Shown in pieces: positions 1-14,069 of a stretch of DNA of 64,000 nt. The DNA lies in NCBI GenBank assembly GCA_951406725.2, contig OX597819.1:68758001-68822000 (forward strand). Direction: 5' to 3'. A model generated the notes under the pieces. That model was given only the letters and a program-made list of their open reading frames with translations. It had not been told where the DNA came from and made no database searches. Within the stretch, counting starts at the first letter, position 1; the number at the start of each line of letters is the position of its first letter. This DNA is from Octopus vulgaris (Eukaryota). A program made the translations under genes and the position numbers.

Positions 1-289
1 ATTACCCAGATTTAGCAACCATGGATTTCTATCTCATCCCCCAAGAAGACAATGCAGCTCAAAGATCAGCGTTTTGACCCTGTTATTGAAATAAAGAGCT
101 AATCGCAGTAGGACCTCGACTCGATTACGAGAAACAACTTGCATGCTAGATTCCAAATGAGGCAGGGTCGCCTGGACGGGAGTATTACTGAGCAAGGTAA
201 CTATTTTGAAGGAGATGAGGTTAAAACTTAGATAAATAAGTTATTTTTATTAAACATAAATAGTCTGGGAACCTTTGGATATTGCCTCG
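1..289 (+). mobile_element. Mariner-family DNA transposon, decayed transposase C-terminus and 3' TIR
   Basis: With frameshifts/stops it translates to (Y)PDLATMDFYL..MQLKDQRFDPVIEIK...EQGNYFEGD, matching mariner YSPDLAPxDF...GxYFE motifs; ends ...tttggatattgcctcg followed by TA. Confidence 0.75.
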
Positions 290-371
290 TATAAATTTTC
301 AAATCTTAAGTGGTCACATGCATTTTGGTTTCATATTGGACGAGATATACAATATGAAAAGGAAAAGGACA

Positions 372-394
372 GTGATGGTGATGATGACGACAAC

Positions 395-425
<31 letters not shown>

Positions 426-491
426 TTGATGATGGTGGTAATGATGGTGATGATCATGATGACGACGACGACGACGATGATGATGATGATG
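372..491. repeat. (GAT)n/(GAC)n microsatellite
   Basis: Direct reading; explains poly-D/poly-M ORFs. Confidence 0.95.
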
Positions 492-1799
492 AAAATATTA
501 ACCACTTCTCCATACCTATAAACTCCTCACAGTTGTGCTAAAAATCAGTGACCAAAGTCACGGTTCATCTTTTTTTATCTAAATATTACCCTTCTAATTA
601 CATAGCAAAAAATAAAAAAAAACTGCGGAGGAAATATTGCTGACGCACATCTCGTAATTCACACCTAATTCTTGGCAGTGTTCTCGGCTTTTTTGCACCG
701 GGTAGTCTCTGAAGAATTGCTGCACCGGGTAGGATTCTTTCAACCGCTCTTTTTAGTGCAGCTGAATTTCTATATCATTCAATATGCAAACACATGTGAT
801 TCTTCACTTTGTCATATTCTCCATAACTTCCGCTATCCAGGAAGAACAATCTCGCTTCACATTGTTCTCTCAGACAAATCTCTTTTGATGAGTTTGGTCA
901 CATTCTACTTTATTGTTGCGTTGGCAAGACAAAACCATCGTTTGTAATTTTTATTACTATATTTTCACTTATTGTTTGGGTGTATGAGAATATTGTTGAT
1001 GTTGTTGCTAAAAAGAATCACTAAAGTTGATCATAAAAGTTGCGTTGTTAATATAAATGTTATCGATTTTCTTTCCTTAACTTTTAAAATGTGTATGTCA
1101 GGTTATAAATATATTTTTGCAATGTTTTGATAGCATTGTCCGTGTTTGCATGTGTATGTTTGTATTTAAGTATGTGTTCGTGTGTGCGTGTGTGTGTGTA
1201 TGTGTGTATCAGTGTGTCCGTCTGTGTGTGTGTGTATGTATGTGTCAGTGTGTCTGTGTGTTGCTATAGTTTTCATCTCATTTCCAGATATTCTTCTCTT
1301 TCCGGGTGCGTAACTACTGATTCTTTTAACCATTTTACTCACGTATTCAGACAAACGAAGATGAAATATAATTTGTCTGCAGAACAAATATTTTACCTTC
1401 GAAGTTACCCTCTCAGGGCAGGCTTCCAAATTTCAAAGCGCTTCTATATGCAAATGTATACATACACACGCATACACGAACATATATATATATATATATG
1501 AGCACACACACACGTTCATATATGTTTGAGTGAGAGCGACTGCATAAATATATGTATGTGTCTGTCTGTGTGAAAATTGTAGGAGAAATGACGTTTTTCA
1601 GAAAAACAAGCAGCCGTATAACTGCACAAAGAAGAAATTAACGCAGGAACAGTAAAATGTGATATAGACATCACATGAACCAACATGAATTAATGCATGA
1701 AAATCATTTGCATGTGATGACTTTCACTACGTTATTTCAATATCATCTATTTTGTCTGTTTATTTTCTCCTCAATTGACTTAAACACGTGTGTATACAT

Positions 1800-1838
<39 letters not shown>

Positions 1839-1870
1839 CATTCATACATACGTATGTATATATACATACG

Positions 1871-1906
<36 letters not shown>

Positions 1907-1925
1907 ATATATATATATATATATT

Positions 1926-1986
<61 letters not shown>

Positions 1987-2292
1987 CAGATATATATATA
2001 GATAGATAGATAGACGGATACATACATACATATATACATACATACATATATTCATACATATATGTATATATATATATGTAAATATGATATGTGAGAATTA
2101 TTCGATAGCCATGATACAACTGCGAGTTTCAGATGTGGGAGCCCCTGATATGTGATATTTTCGCTTAAGTGACCTTTAAGCTAAATTGGATGTCTGCAGA
2201 GACGAAAGGAGCCAATTAATATATATATATATATTTAGGGGGGGGGGTATGTGTGTGTATACACACACACACTCACACACACACACACACAC

Positions 2293-4350
2293 ACAAAGAA
2301 ACTCGCGTCTCGAAGATCTGCTGAAGAAATTTCAGCTACCAGATCATTACAGACTGGACGAGCCGAACGTCTCAGAGTAAAGCTGTATGAATGGCGACGG
2401 AGGGTTCAAGTCTTACTTAGGCAGGAAAGGGATAAGAGCTAGAGATAAGGCTAGTTTTAGTTGTCCACAGCTTGTTCAGGTGTTATAAACTGACCAAATG
2501 ATAGCAGAATGTGAGAAGACCCAAGTCTGCAAGCCGAAGGGTGGTGACACTGATCAGAGAGGACCCCACCAAGGGGGACGAGATTAGTAACTTCCGGCCC
2601 ATAACTCTGCTCAACACAGAGTTGAAGACTTTGGCGAAGATGTCAGGAAAAATGTTGCGCAGGTCGTGGCCAGACTTGTGCGGAGGACGCAAACTTGCGC
2701 AATCCGGGACAGGTCGATCCACGACAACCTCCATCTTATACGCTACTCCTGAGAGAAGGTAGGGAAGCTTTCTGGTGCAGGAGCGGTACTGGTACATATA
2801 GACCAGTCTATAGCTTTTGATAGGGTCGACCATCGTTACTTGGCGGCGGTCTTCGAGAAGGCTGGCCAAGGCCTGACCTTGTCGCGGTTGGATTGCTGCT
2901 TTGTACATCGACATCGAGTATGTCGCTAAAGTTAATGGTTTCTTTTAAAAACCTTACAGGATCGAGCGTTCAGTTCGTCAGGAATAACCCCTGTCCCCAC
3001 ATTTGTATGTATTGGCTCTTGAGCCATTGCTGTGGGAGCTGGAGGCACTAGGGGTGTGTTGCATGATCTATGGTATGGAAGAGGAGCTACGGCGTATGCG
3101 AATGACATCTCCATCATCGTGGAGGATGACGGCCAGTTTCCAGTGGCGGAAGAGGCCATCAAAAACTATGAGGCGGTGGGAAGAGCAAAGATTAACAAGG
3201 ACAACTCAGTCGGTTTGCAATTCGGTACCTAGGGGAGCAAGCCGATGACATCCAGTATCATCGTGGGGAGTTGGGTGGAAGGTCCTGTTAAGCTGCTCGG
3301 TGCTGGTTTGGTCCGGACCTCCAGATAGAGAAGAATTGGAGCGAGGAGACCGGCAAGGTGACTGCTCTGACCCAGACATTTTCTGACCGGGTGTTATCGT
3401 TGCTAGGGAGGGCGGAGGTGGTGCAGATGTCTATAGCATCAGTTATCACCTACCGCCTGAGCGTGGTGCCTTGCCCCGACTTTTGGCCGAACAAGCTGGA
3501 GAGAATCCTTTTCCGCTTCTTGTGGAAGGGAGGAAATGCACTTATGAAGCGCTCTGTCTGGTGTCAGAAACTGCTAAAGAGTGGGTTAGTGATGCCTTGG
3601 CTGAAAATACGAAAATTCGCGTTAAGGTTGAGGCATATCTGGCTTTACCTGGATGGTGAGCAGGTGTGGTCTCCTCCCACAGTTAAAATCCTTAACGGAC
3701 AGTGATACATGGATCAAGCAGAGACCTAGACTGGGGGGCTGGCAATTGGAGTGCTGACATGCACATCAGCTACGCTCTCGGACGAGCAATGCCGGCAACA
3801 AGAGTTCTACTGCGGATATATATAGCGGGATAGTGGGATCGAAGTCCGAAGACACTTTGGAGGAGAGCTTGAGCTACGATGGAAGTCAGTTGATCAACCT
3901 GTTCGGAAGAACGCTCGGGCCGGGGTATCTGGATAATTACCAGAAATCCCTGGTTTGGCAGTGTTTCCGAGGGCATTACCAGTTCGTAATAAATTGTCAA
4001 GGCACGGAAGTATCGTGTCACCGACATATTCAAGGTGCGAGCAGGATAGGGAAACTGTTTTGCACGCATTCGTGGAACGTCCGGAATTATCGGGACTCAT
4101 AATTTTTACAGAACAACTGTTGTCATCGATGGGAAGAGTACAGCTATCAGCTGAATCCATCATCGGGTTTGTGCCGCCTCCCTCCCGTAGCGGGAAGAGG
4201 AAAGCCTGTTGTTTCTGCGTGGTGGCCATATTAAAAAAAACAGTATGGAAGATGCGGTTGAAAGGGATTGTGACGGGTACCTTTGTATCTTGTCAGGGGT
4301 TGGACAACTGTTTTAGTTACAACCTCAGCAGTAAGATCAGGCTAGGATGC
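2293..4350 (+). pseudogene. Decayed Tx1/L1-clade LINE ORF2 fragment (RT + C-terminal zinc-binding region), 5'-truncated
   Basis: Fragmented ORFs: ISNFRPITLLNTELKTLAK (2511 ORF), IDQSIAFDRVDH (~2797), LYVLALEPLL (3003), ATAYANDISII = degenerate YADD (3032 ORF), VKLLG, LSLLGRAEVV..FRFLWKG (3358), SRCEQDRETVLHAF zf-RVT-like (3955). Many frameshifts; GC-rich relative to flanks. Confidence 0.88.
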
Positions 4351-4997
4351 CTTTCCTTCATGCTAAACATTGCGTTTAGCAATGTTTCATTTTAAAACCC
4401 ATTTGTAATTTAACTATTGATAAATTTTTAATCGTATAAGCTACTTCACCCTTTTATGTTTATTTGTCCTTGTCCGTCCTCTCTATGTATTTCATTTAAT
4501 TGGCTACAAAAGCCGCACACAGAGGTAGTAGCTTCGGGCTGGATAAAACACAAGATGAATGAATGATAAAGCAAATAATGAAATTGGTGAGGGAAAACAA
4601 GCGTCACCAGACGATCGCTGCTTCTCGAAAACATTGTTCTTCGTTTCTTTTTTAACAAATTGAAGTTATAAACCTCTTACTTTAATTCGATTGAACCCAA
4701 GATCTTACAGATGAGGCACTAAGCCTCTTACATTTTTCATAATGGGCCACTTGTCCCTACAATACGAAGTACTGAGCCCCTTAATTATTTTCCCCCGTGC
4801 CGGCACCCGACCAGGCTCAACGCCTCACTTAAGAACCTCCATGGTGCTACGTGGGGGATCGTCAGCAGGAAGCGGAATGTGTCATCGGGAGGCCAATCAG
4901 GGTCCTTAGTACAGGTTAGAATCCCTCCCTTCCGACATTCTTTGGTAAACTTTTTAACAAATTCTTGAATTATCCCTACCTTGTGTATATGATTGGG

Positions 4998-5178
4998 TGT
5001 CTGTGTTTGTCCCCCGAACATCGCTTGACAACCGATGCTGATGTGTTTACGTCCCCGTAACTTAGCGGTTCGGTAAAAGTGGGAGATAGAATAAGTACTG
5101 GGCTTACAAATAATAAGTCTTGGGGTCGAGTTCTTCGATTAAAGGCGGTGGTCCAGCATGGCTGAAAAAGTAAAAGAG
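4998..5178 (+). mobile_element. SINE family A, 3' half
   Basis: Matches 15235-15425 (catcgcttgacaaccgatgctg...gtaacttagcggttcgg...aaggcggtg.tccagcatgg). Confidence 0.85.
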
Positions 5179-5209
5179 TATACACACACACACACACACA
5201 CATACACAC

Positions 5210-5242
<33 letters not shown>

Positions 5243-5399
5243 CACACACAGAGGCATAGATAGATACATACCTACACACATGCATGCATACATCCAATGC
5301 ATACAGCCAGCCATCCAAGCTGACAGACATATAGACAGACACAAATATATAGATACACACATAGAAATAGTTACATAATTCTATAATATGCTTCGATAA

Positions 5400-6170
5400 C
5401 CACGTTTCTTGTATTTACAGTTCTCGCCTCACGGCCACGGAGTTTGCAACTTTCTCGTCGGTAAGATCATCGACTACCTTCCGATGCCACGGGACTCATG
5501 GCTTATATTAAGACAATTAGACTAATCAATTATAATATTTCGTCAATAAAAAAGCCCCTAACGTATCCCACTCTCACAACATTTACCTAAAGGCTACCAG
5601 CATGTTTCGTATATTATTATCACGCTATGTCGTACTTGCTGCCTTATGCTCTTCAATTTCTCCCTTTATTAATTTCTCTCTTTCTTCTCTGCTTTCCTTC
5701 TTTTTACCTTCTTGCCTCGATCCCACAATCATATGCAATGTTACAATACTTTCAGTCATTTCATATAAATTTCATCCAAAGATTTCCTTCGATTCCTACA
5801 GTTATATACTGTATTAGAAGCCCCAATTATTATATAACACTATACGTACTTCCACAGTTAATAGTCGCTGAATAATGTGACTTCTCAATTAAGTTTCACC
5901 CATTGGCGCAATATCTTAATCGTATTCATTCTTCTTAGCTCGTCTCACAAATCTCTTGAGTCCATCAATGTTACTGTATTTAACTAACACAATGGTTTCA
6001 GTAATATTTTTCTTTACTTCTATTTTGCTTCGTATTCTCACGTTATCTAATCTAATTAAATGTGATGTAACTTATTACAGGCATGGATCTCTCCGACTAA
6101 CTACATTATCTATCTAGTGTATTCATGTTTTAAAATCTGGCGTTAGCTTTCATATCGAAGCTAATTTCAT
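5400..6170 (-). mobile_element. Possible old LINE (RTE-like) 3' fragment
   Basis: Non-microsatellite sequence whose reverse strand resembles RTE tail composition; no clear motif recovered. Confidence 0.25.
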
Positions 6171-6440
6171 ATAGAAGTAAAAGAGAGCATTAGTATCGTA
6201 TCATGCATTGTGCAAGAATCCTGCTCAAAGTCGGCTAAATATAGAGAATATAAAAGCCAAGCTAAGGCAAAAACCTCATCATAAATCTTTATTCCAAAAC
6301 GGTGCTTACCTATTATAATGGTCATTGTTAAACTTGTTATCTACGAATTCTTTTCATATTATCTCACATTTACCGACACACATGACAATACAACGAAGTA
6401 TGTAATAGAACGCTTCCTTATGTAGAGATATCTGTATATT

Positions 6441-6482
<42 letters not shown>

Positions 6483-6808
6483 GCATAAATGCATATGCGT
6501 GCGTCTGTGTGAGAGAGAGTGTGTATACGTTGTGTGTATATGTTAGTGCGTGCCTAGCTATTTAGGTATGGCGATCGCTGTATGTCAATTATAATCGACG
6601 AATTACATTTGTCAGTCATTTATGAATCTGGAAACTAGAAATCTCACATCAGATAGACCGCTTCATATATAGATCATAGATGATGTTGTATTCGATATTG
6701 TACATATCGTTTGTTATCTTTAGTTGTTACAATCATTGGAATGCGGCCATGCTTGTGCAGCGTATTTCATCGAGTAGTGGACCAAATTGACATTACATCT
6801 ATGTTATA

Positions 6809-6925
<117 letters not shown>

Positions 6926-7245
6926 TTTACTGAGACTGCCACTTATTCTGATCGCTTTCACTTTCTGAATCACTGAATGCTGTGACATAATGAGAGCAAC
7001 ACTTGTTGCTAAACGATGATGGGGAGGAGGAGAAGAACAGACTCCAAAACACATTGACATTTACGCACCTACATACGTACACACATTCACACACACATGC
7101 ATACATGCATACATACATACATACACACATATACACATACATTCATTCATACATACATACATACATACATACATACATACATACATACATACATACATAC
7201 ATACATGCATGCATACATACATGCACACACATATATATATATATA

Positions 7246-7335
7246 CCTTTAAAGATTAAAGGTATTTAAATGTATTTTATAATATGCTGGCCGATGATAA
7301 AATTTTTTCGAAAAATTTTATCCTATATTAAATGT
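7246..7335 (+). mobile_element. Fragment of the ~478-bp HHR repeat family seen at 56251-57410
   Basis: cctttaaa...ataatatgctggccgatgataaaattttttcgaaaaattttatcctatattaaat aligns with 56945-57020; flanked by TA-type microsatellite. Confidence 0.75.
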
Positions 7336-7773
7336 ATATACATATACATTCATATGGATGTGTGTATATATGTGCATATGTATATATATATATGCTTGCA
7401 TGTGCGTGCGTGCATGTGTATGAGAGAGCTTTTTTAATAACTGTAAGGGTATGGAGACGTATGTGCGCCTGGGGGGTATGTATATAGTATATGAAACGAG
7501 GTGTGTGAAAGTGTGTGGAAGATAATTTAAACTGAAGAATAATTTCGATTTCAAAAAACAAATAAAACCATTAAGTTTTAAAAATTAAAACAAAAGAATT
7601 TAAAGGTGTGTGGAAAATGTTACTGAAAGCATGGGCATCGCACTGAAGAAATCTTCTCTACGTAAAACACCAGGCTAGTTTACTAAACCTGTGATTCTGA
7701 ACCTGTTCACAGTTGTTCCCAGCCCTTTTATTGAAATGAGTTTTCCACGGACCCATTTTGATATACTTATCCT

Positions 7774-7827
<54 letters not shown>

Positions 7828-7844
7828 TATATATATAAAACAAA

Positions 7845-7905
<61 letters not shown>

Positions 7906-7906
7906 T

Positions 7907-8119
7907 CTTTTCTACTCTAGGCACAAGGCCCGAAATTTTGAGGAGGGAGCCAGTCGATTAGATCGAGTCTAGCATGCAAATGGTGCTTAATTTATTGACT
8001 TCGAAAGGATGATAGGCAAAGTCGACCTCGGAAGAATTTGAACTCAGAACGTAAAGACAAACTAAATACGATAAAGTATTTCGCCCGGCGTGCTAACGTT
8101 TCTACCAGCTCGCCGCCTT
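7907..8119 (-). mobile_element. SINE family B (tRNA-derived head), near full length
   Basis: Reverse strand aaggcggcgagctggtagaaacgttagcacgccgggcg...ctgagttcaaattc (A/B-box-like)...gccttgtgcctagagtagaaaag; multiple copies in window. Confidence 0.88.
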
Positions 8120-8242
8120 ATACACACACACACACACACATACACACACACACAAACACACACCTATATATATATATGTAATACATATATACATATATAT
8201 ATACATATTTATATATATATGTATATATATATAAATATACAC

Positions 8243-8326
<84 letters not shown>

Positions 8327-8879
8327 TGTATGTATATGTATCTGGCACTGGATCTAAGTTGGACGAGTGTTCAGTTGTTAATTAACTAAAAACGTGAATG
8401 TAACTTGCATGCTTTAACACACAACAACAACGCACTCACATACTTGTCATTATGCCTCTCACCCCCACCTAATACACAGGCACAAATGCATACATATAAA
8501 CTGCACACAATCTCATACACATGCACACGCACACTCTCATACGCACACACGCACACACAAACACATACGCACATTACACTATCACGTGTGACCGTAATGT
8601 AATAGTGCGGCAAAGTTTTACCTTTTGAATATCAATTGCATACCATTTGAAGAACGTTTATGGAGTTTTCATCTATACAATAGCACTGAAATATATATAT
8701 GCTAAACCGAGGATATTAAAAAATATATTACGTCAAGATGTTACGCTATGCTGTCAACCGTGGCGCGCGGTTGTGAAGCGAACTTCTTAACCCTTCGATT
8801 CCACTGTATACGCTGTTGATCGTAAAAATATAAAGAGCGGTTGGATGTTAGTCAACGGTATCGATGCAAGTATCGTACC

Positions 8880-9160
8880 GGTAGTTATTTTATCGATCAA
8901 GAAAGGATGAATTGCAAAGCCGAACCTCGCGTCAATAGAACTCAGTACGAAAAGTCCAAGAAACGCCGCAAAATATTTTGTGCAGCATCCTAACGATTCC
9001 ATATTGGTTTCAAATTTTGATATAAAGCTAGCAAATTTAGTGAGAGAGTATGTCGATTATATTGATCCCAATGTTCAACTGGTACTTATTTTATCGACAC
9101 CAAAAGTATGGAAATCAAAATCGGCCCCGACGGCATTTGAACGCAGAACGTAAAGTCGTA
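8880..9160 (-). mobile_element. Two diverged SINE family B fragments
   Basis: Repeat ttattttatcga...gaaaggatg...gaactcag core of family B. Confidence 0.6.
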
Positions 9161-9420
9161 AGAAGTACCACTGATGTATCATTCCAGATTAAATATATGA
9201 ATCATTATTATTCTGCTCAACACTGCAGTGATTCGTTCGACAGAGAGCTTGCTACGATCGTTGATGTTTTAAAAATTGCTAATTATGCTCGTGTCCCAGA
9301 TGTCTATAACACTAAATAAATATATCTACAGAGACTCAGTTAGCAGGTCGTTGTACAGCCTCTTAACGGATATGACAATGTCGTAGACCTCCACACCATG
9401 CTTTCCGAAAAAGAAATATA

Positions 9421-9459
<39 letters not shown>

Positions 9460-9469
9460 ACATTCATAC

Positions 9470-9683
9470 ACGAAGACACAAACACGAAGAAACACAGGAA
9501 AATAGAAAAAAAACCCCCAAAAATTGGGAACCTGGTACAAGCAATGTATTAATACGACGCTCAGAGAAGAAAAAGAGTAGACGATTTAGGTTTCGAGCAT
9601 AGCTCTTCGTCGGAAAAAGGCAGAATTTCCAAGACCAGGAGGAAAAAAACGCCAGCAATCACGTGCAGTTCCATTTTTGAAGT
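9470..9683 (-). mobile_element. Short PLE pLTR-like element with minimal HHR (family H1)
   Basis: Related to 10195-10402; reverse strand at 9584-9617 reads TTT CCGACGA A GAGC tat GCTC GAAAC CTA AAT; bounded by (CA)n and (TA)n. Confidence 0.65.
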
Positions 9684-9831
<148 letters not shown>

Positions 9832-9866
9832 ATCTATGTATGTCTATTCATACGTACATACATACA

Positions 9867-10050
9867 TAGAAGAAATGAGGTACTCAGAAATCCAATTGGT
9901 TTTATATTTACAGATATGTATTAGTATGTTACATGTTTTTATACATTATATATCATATACATGATACATGATGTATAAAAACATGTAACATACAAATAAA
10001 TATCTGTAAATATAACACCATCCGTATTTCTGAGTACCTCAAATCTTCTA
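9867..10050. repeat. Inverted repeat (~87-bp arms, short spacer)
   Basis: agaagaaatgaggtactcagaaat...gttacatgtttttatacat vs atgtataaaaacatgtaac...atttctgagtacctcaaatcttct. Confidence 0.9.
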
Positions 10051-10086
10051 ATATATCATACCTGTACATCATCTCCAAACCTTCTA

Positions 10087-10402
<316 letters not shown>

Positions 10403-10574
10403 ATATATATATATATATATACACACATATATGTGTGTGTATGCATGCATGTATATATAGAACTATTAACTGGAACCAATAATCAGCCCTGACCTTATTT
10501 TAATTCAATTTCATCTCAGTTTAATCTTTAGATTCTTATTATTGTAAATGTAACCTATAAGTACTATTTCAAGA

Positions 10575-10697
10575 CTTGTTTTATTTATATTTCCTGAGCG
10601 CCATACTAATACAATTGTTTGTTTGTATTCCACCTGCCTTCGTCTTTTGTTTATTTCCGTAAACCTGCTGTTGTCTATTTTCATAAAGCTTCCCGTT
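10575..10697 (+). mobile_element. 3' part of family H2 short element
   Basis: ttcctgagcgccatactaatacaattgtttgtttgtattccacctgccttcgtcttttg matches 58711-58770 and 27220-27290; ends in (TA)n. Confidence 0.7.
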
Positions 10698-11072
10698 ATA
10701 TATATATATATATATATACATACACACATACATATATATACAAATATATATCTATATAGATATGAGTGTGTGTATGTATGTATATATATATGTGTGTGTG
10801 TGTGTCTGGTGTTTGTAAATACCAGTAATGAAACACAGTAAAAACTAATATTGATAATGTGTTAAGAAAGGAAATGCACATTTAATATTTATATGAAATG
10901 TTTTAATATGAACAGTCGAGAAAATTTATTATATTGGGTTAAAACATCAATTAGATAACTGAACTAGAATTACCTGAGGTAAGGCATTTTTTAAAGTGGT
11001 AATTAATAAATATAGAATTAGCGACTCGCCGTACATAAGCACATGACATTCGTACAAACGTAGGCGTAGTTA

Positions 11073-11212
11073 TGGCTGCGTCGTAAGAAGTTTCCTTCAC
11101 AACCATGTAGTTCCCGGTTCACGTTCACTGCATGGCGCCTTGGACACGGACCGTCTACTATAATCTCAGGCCGACCAAAACTTGTGAATAGATTCGGTAG
11201 ACAGAAATTAAA
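11073..11212 (-). mobile_element. SINE family A 5' half, diverged (head reads on the + strand sequence ggcgtagttatggctgcgtcgtaagaag; strand call uncertain)
   Basis: Similar to 15031-15180 (ggct...gtaag...catg...ggttca...cactgcatggc.ccttgg...ggccgaccaaa). Confidence 0.5.
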
Positions 11213-11525
11213 TATAATCATATAGTATAGAAATCAATATGGGTGGTTGGGCGTAATATAAACAGTATAGGCAAACTTTAGTCCTCACTAATTCTGATTG
11301 TACAAGCACATAAGTTGCTAGAAACAAGAGTTAAACGACTTATCGCTGCGTAATAGCACATTTATGTATACTGACATGGGAGATAACTGCCCCATGATTT
11401 AATCAAAGCTAGAAGACTGAAATGCAGAGATTTGATTTCTGATTTGATTTCTGATCTATTTAAACGAAAATATTTCGTTCGTTTGCTGGTTCTCTTTCTA
11501 AAAAATAAGATGCATTGCAGACTCG

Positions 11526-11562
<37 letters not shown>

Positions 11563-11644
11563 GTGTATACGTATGTATGTATGTATGTATGTATGTATGT
11601 ATGTATGTATGTATGTATGTATGTATGTATGTATGTATACGCGT

Positions 11645-11791
11645 GTGATACAAAGCTTACTTCACAACCACATGGTTACGGGTTCAGCTCCATGGCCTGG
11701 CAACTTGGACAAGTGTATTCTTCCATATACCCGGGCTGACCAAAATCTTGTGATTGGATTTGGTAAACGGAAACCGAGAGTAGCCCGTCGG

Positions 11792-11834
<43 letters not shown>

Positions 11835-11844
11835 TATATATATA

Positions 11845-11881
<37 letters not shown>

Positions 11882-12045
11882 CCGATGTTGCTCTCCTTAC
11901 GTTCTCGCAACTTAGCGTTTTGTCAAAAGCGACTGATAAAATAAGTACTAAACTTACAGAGAATAAGTCGTGAGGTTGATTTTATCCGTTGAAGGCGGTG
12001 CTCCAGCATGGCCACAGTCAAACGACTGATACAAGTATAAAACAA
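11645..12045 (+). mobile_element. SINE family A with internal (TA)n
   Basis: caaccacatggttacgggttcag...ggaaac...(TA)n...accgatgttg...aaggcggtgctccagcatggcc...acaagta. Confidence 0.8.
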
Positions 12046-12343
12046 AATACTTGAAAAGAATATATACGTTCACATCTGTGTATAATGAACAACAACATAT
12101 ACGTAAAAATACACACACTCATATACGAGCAGCTAACATTCTCAGACACACACACACGCACACACACATTAATCTCCCTGTGTATATATACGTAGGTGTC
12201 TATATGAAAATTTAATCTTGTGTTTTTATTCACACCCTGTAAAGAGATTTCGCTGAACGAAATAATTCCGAAGGCAGTCTGTAGATTTTCAAATGTTAAT
12301 ATTTTATTAGCATGTAAGAAATAAATCAATAATACACACACAC

Positions 12344-12528
<185 letters not shown>

Positions 12529-12976
12529 TGTATATGTATATATTCAGATACAGACATTAAAATATTTACATTACCAAATAACTAAGTTCATATTCAACTA
12601 TCATCACTTCAGCATTTTTTATCCGTCTTCATTTTTGATTTACGTGTCAATATAATTTCTCGAGATGAAAGAATTGTTTTGCATAATTTAATAACGATAC
12701 AGTAAATTGGAACGTTCCTCTAGTATGATGTCTCAAACCTGCAATTTTTACATCGATAGAGAATTATGGTGTCATGAACTTTAATGCAAAAGTTGAGGTA
12801 AAATCATGTTGCACCTGGTTTTACAAAGCCATACCGGTTTATCGCTGACTGAAAGAAAATTCTTCTTAATTAATCAGCTAATGATCGCTGTACAAATCAT
12901 TTTGCACATAGCAGTGATGAATGTCATGTATCCCTGCTTTTAAAATCAAATAATGATAACAAAAGTAGTAGTAGTA

Positions 12977-13030
<54 letters not shown>

Positions 13031-13520
13031 TTTTCCTGTTAGCAATACCCACGCATTGGATAGCCATCGTTGGCCATGGCGATTCCACCCTACTGTGGTT
13101 TTCCTCATCATTATAACCTCTGTCAACTACATAATCGGGCATGCTTATTGGATCGACAGGGGATTCTTTATATGAAGTTTTGGGATTTGAAAATTCTTCA
13201 CAACCCAAAATATACTCACATTTGTCGATAATGAAGATAGCACCGCCCTTATCCGCCAGTTCAATAACAATAGAATCGTTATTAGCTAGTCGTCAGAGTG
13301 TGTAAGGTTGGGAATTTGTGGGGTTATTCCAGGACTTTTTCCCATTTGTTTTAAGGCTTTCTCTAATGCCTGTCTGACAAAATTCAAGAAATTCCAGTAC
13401 TGCTTGTGAACGTTCATCCCGAACTTCATCTGGATATCATTTCAGATTCTTTTTAATCCAGTTATGCCACATTTGATCATCATCATGTATTTTTTCAGTA
13501 AGCATAGCATTTTCTGACTC
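13031..13520 (-). pseudogene. Possible old LINE RT fragment next to (TAG)n
   Basis: Reverse strand QALEKALKQMGKSPG resembles the E-x-x-ALKxM-GKSPG motif preceding non-LTR RT domain 0. Confidence 0.35.
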
Positions 13521-13544
13521 CTCGTTACCAATCGATTACAACTA

Positions 13545-13697
13545 CCCCTCTGTTCAACTGGTACTTAATTTATCGAACCTGAAGGGATGAAAGGCAAAGT
13601 CAACCTCGGCTGAATTGGAAGTCAGAACCTAGCGACGGGCGAAATGTCACTAACCATTTCGCCCAGTGCACTAACGATTCTGGTAGATCGCCGCCTT
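13545..13697 (-). mobile_element. SINE family B, partial
   Basis: caactggtacttaatttatcga...aaggcaaagtcaacctcggc...ctaacgattctgg...cgccgcctt. Confidence 0.85.
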
Positions 13698-13710
13698 GAT
13701 GATGATGATG

Positions 13711-13774
<64 letters not shown>

Positions 13775-13964
13775 GGCAGATGATGTTAGTGATAATATTG
13801 TAATGATGGTATCAACTGCAGTCACCGCAGTAACATTGGCAGAACAATTATGATTAGCCGCACCGTCGCAGCAGTAGCAGTAGCATCAGTAGAGTAGTAG
13901 TGGTATTAGTAGTAGTAGTAGTAGTAGCAGCAGCAGCAGTAGTGGTAGTAGTAGTAGTAGTAGT

Positions 13965-14040
<76 letters not shown>

Positions 14041-14069
14041 ATAGTAGTAGTAGTAGTAGTAGTAGTAGT
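13698..14069. repeat. (AAT)n, (GCA)n, (GTA)n microsatellite cluster
   Basis: Direct reading. Confidence 0.9.

Noticed and set aside
275-541. Acidic poly-D ORF
   Set aside because: Translation of a (GAT)n microsatellite. The same applies to poly-I/L/V/M/H and YI/CV/TH-repeat ORFs throughout the track.
620-920. Possible transposase fragment with duplicated tgcaccgggtag
   Set aside because: No diagnostic motif recovered.
4785-5021. 78-aa minus-strand ORF, GC-rich
   Set aside because: Starts within a SINE and has no recognisable domain; could be a TE fragment or an exon but cannot be supported.
7640-7712. CTGAAGA AATC...GATT CTGAAC hammerhead-like motif
   Set aside because: Lacks GAAA and a convincing stem I.
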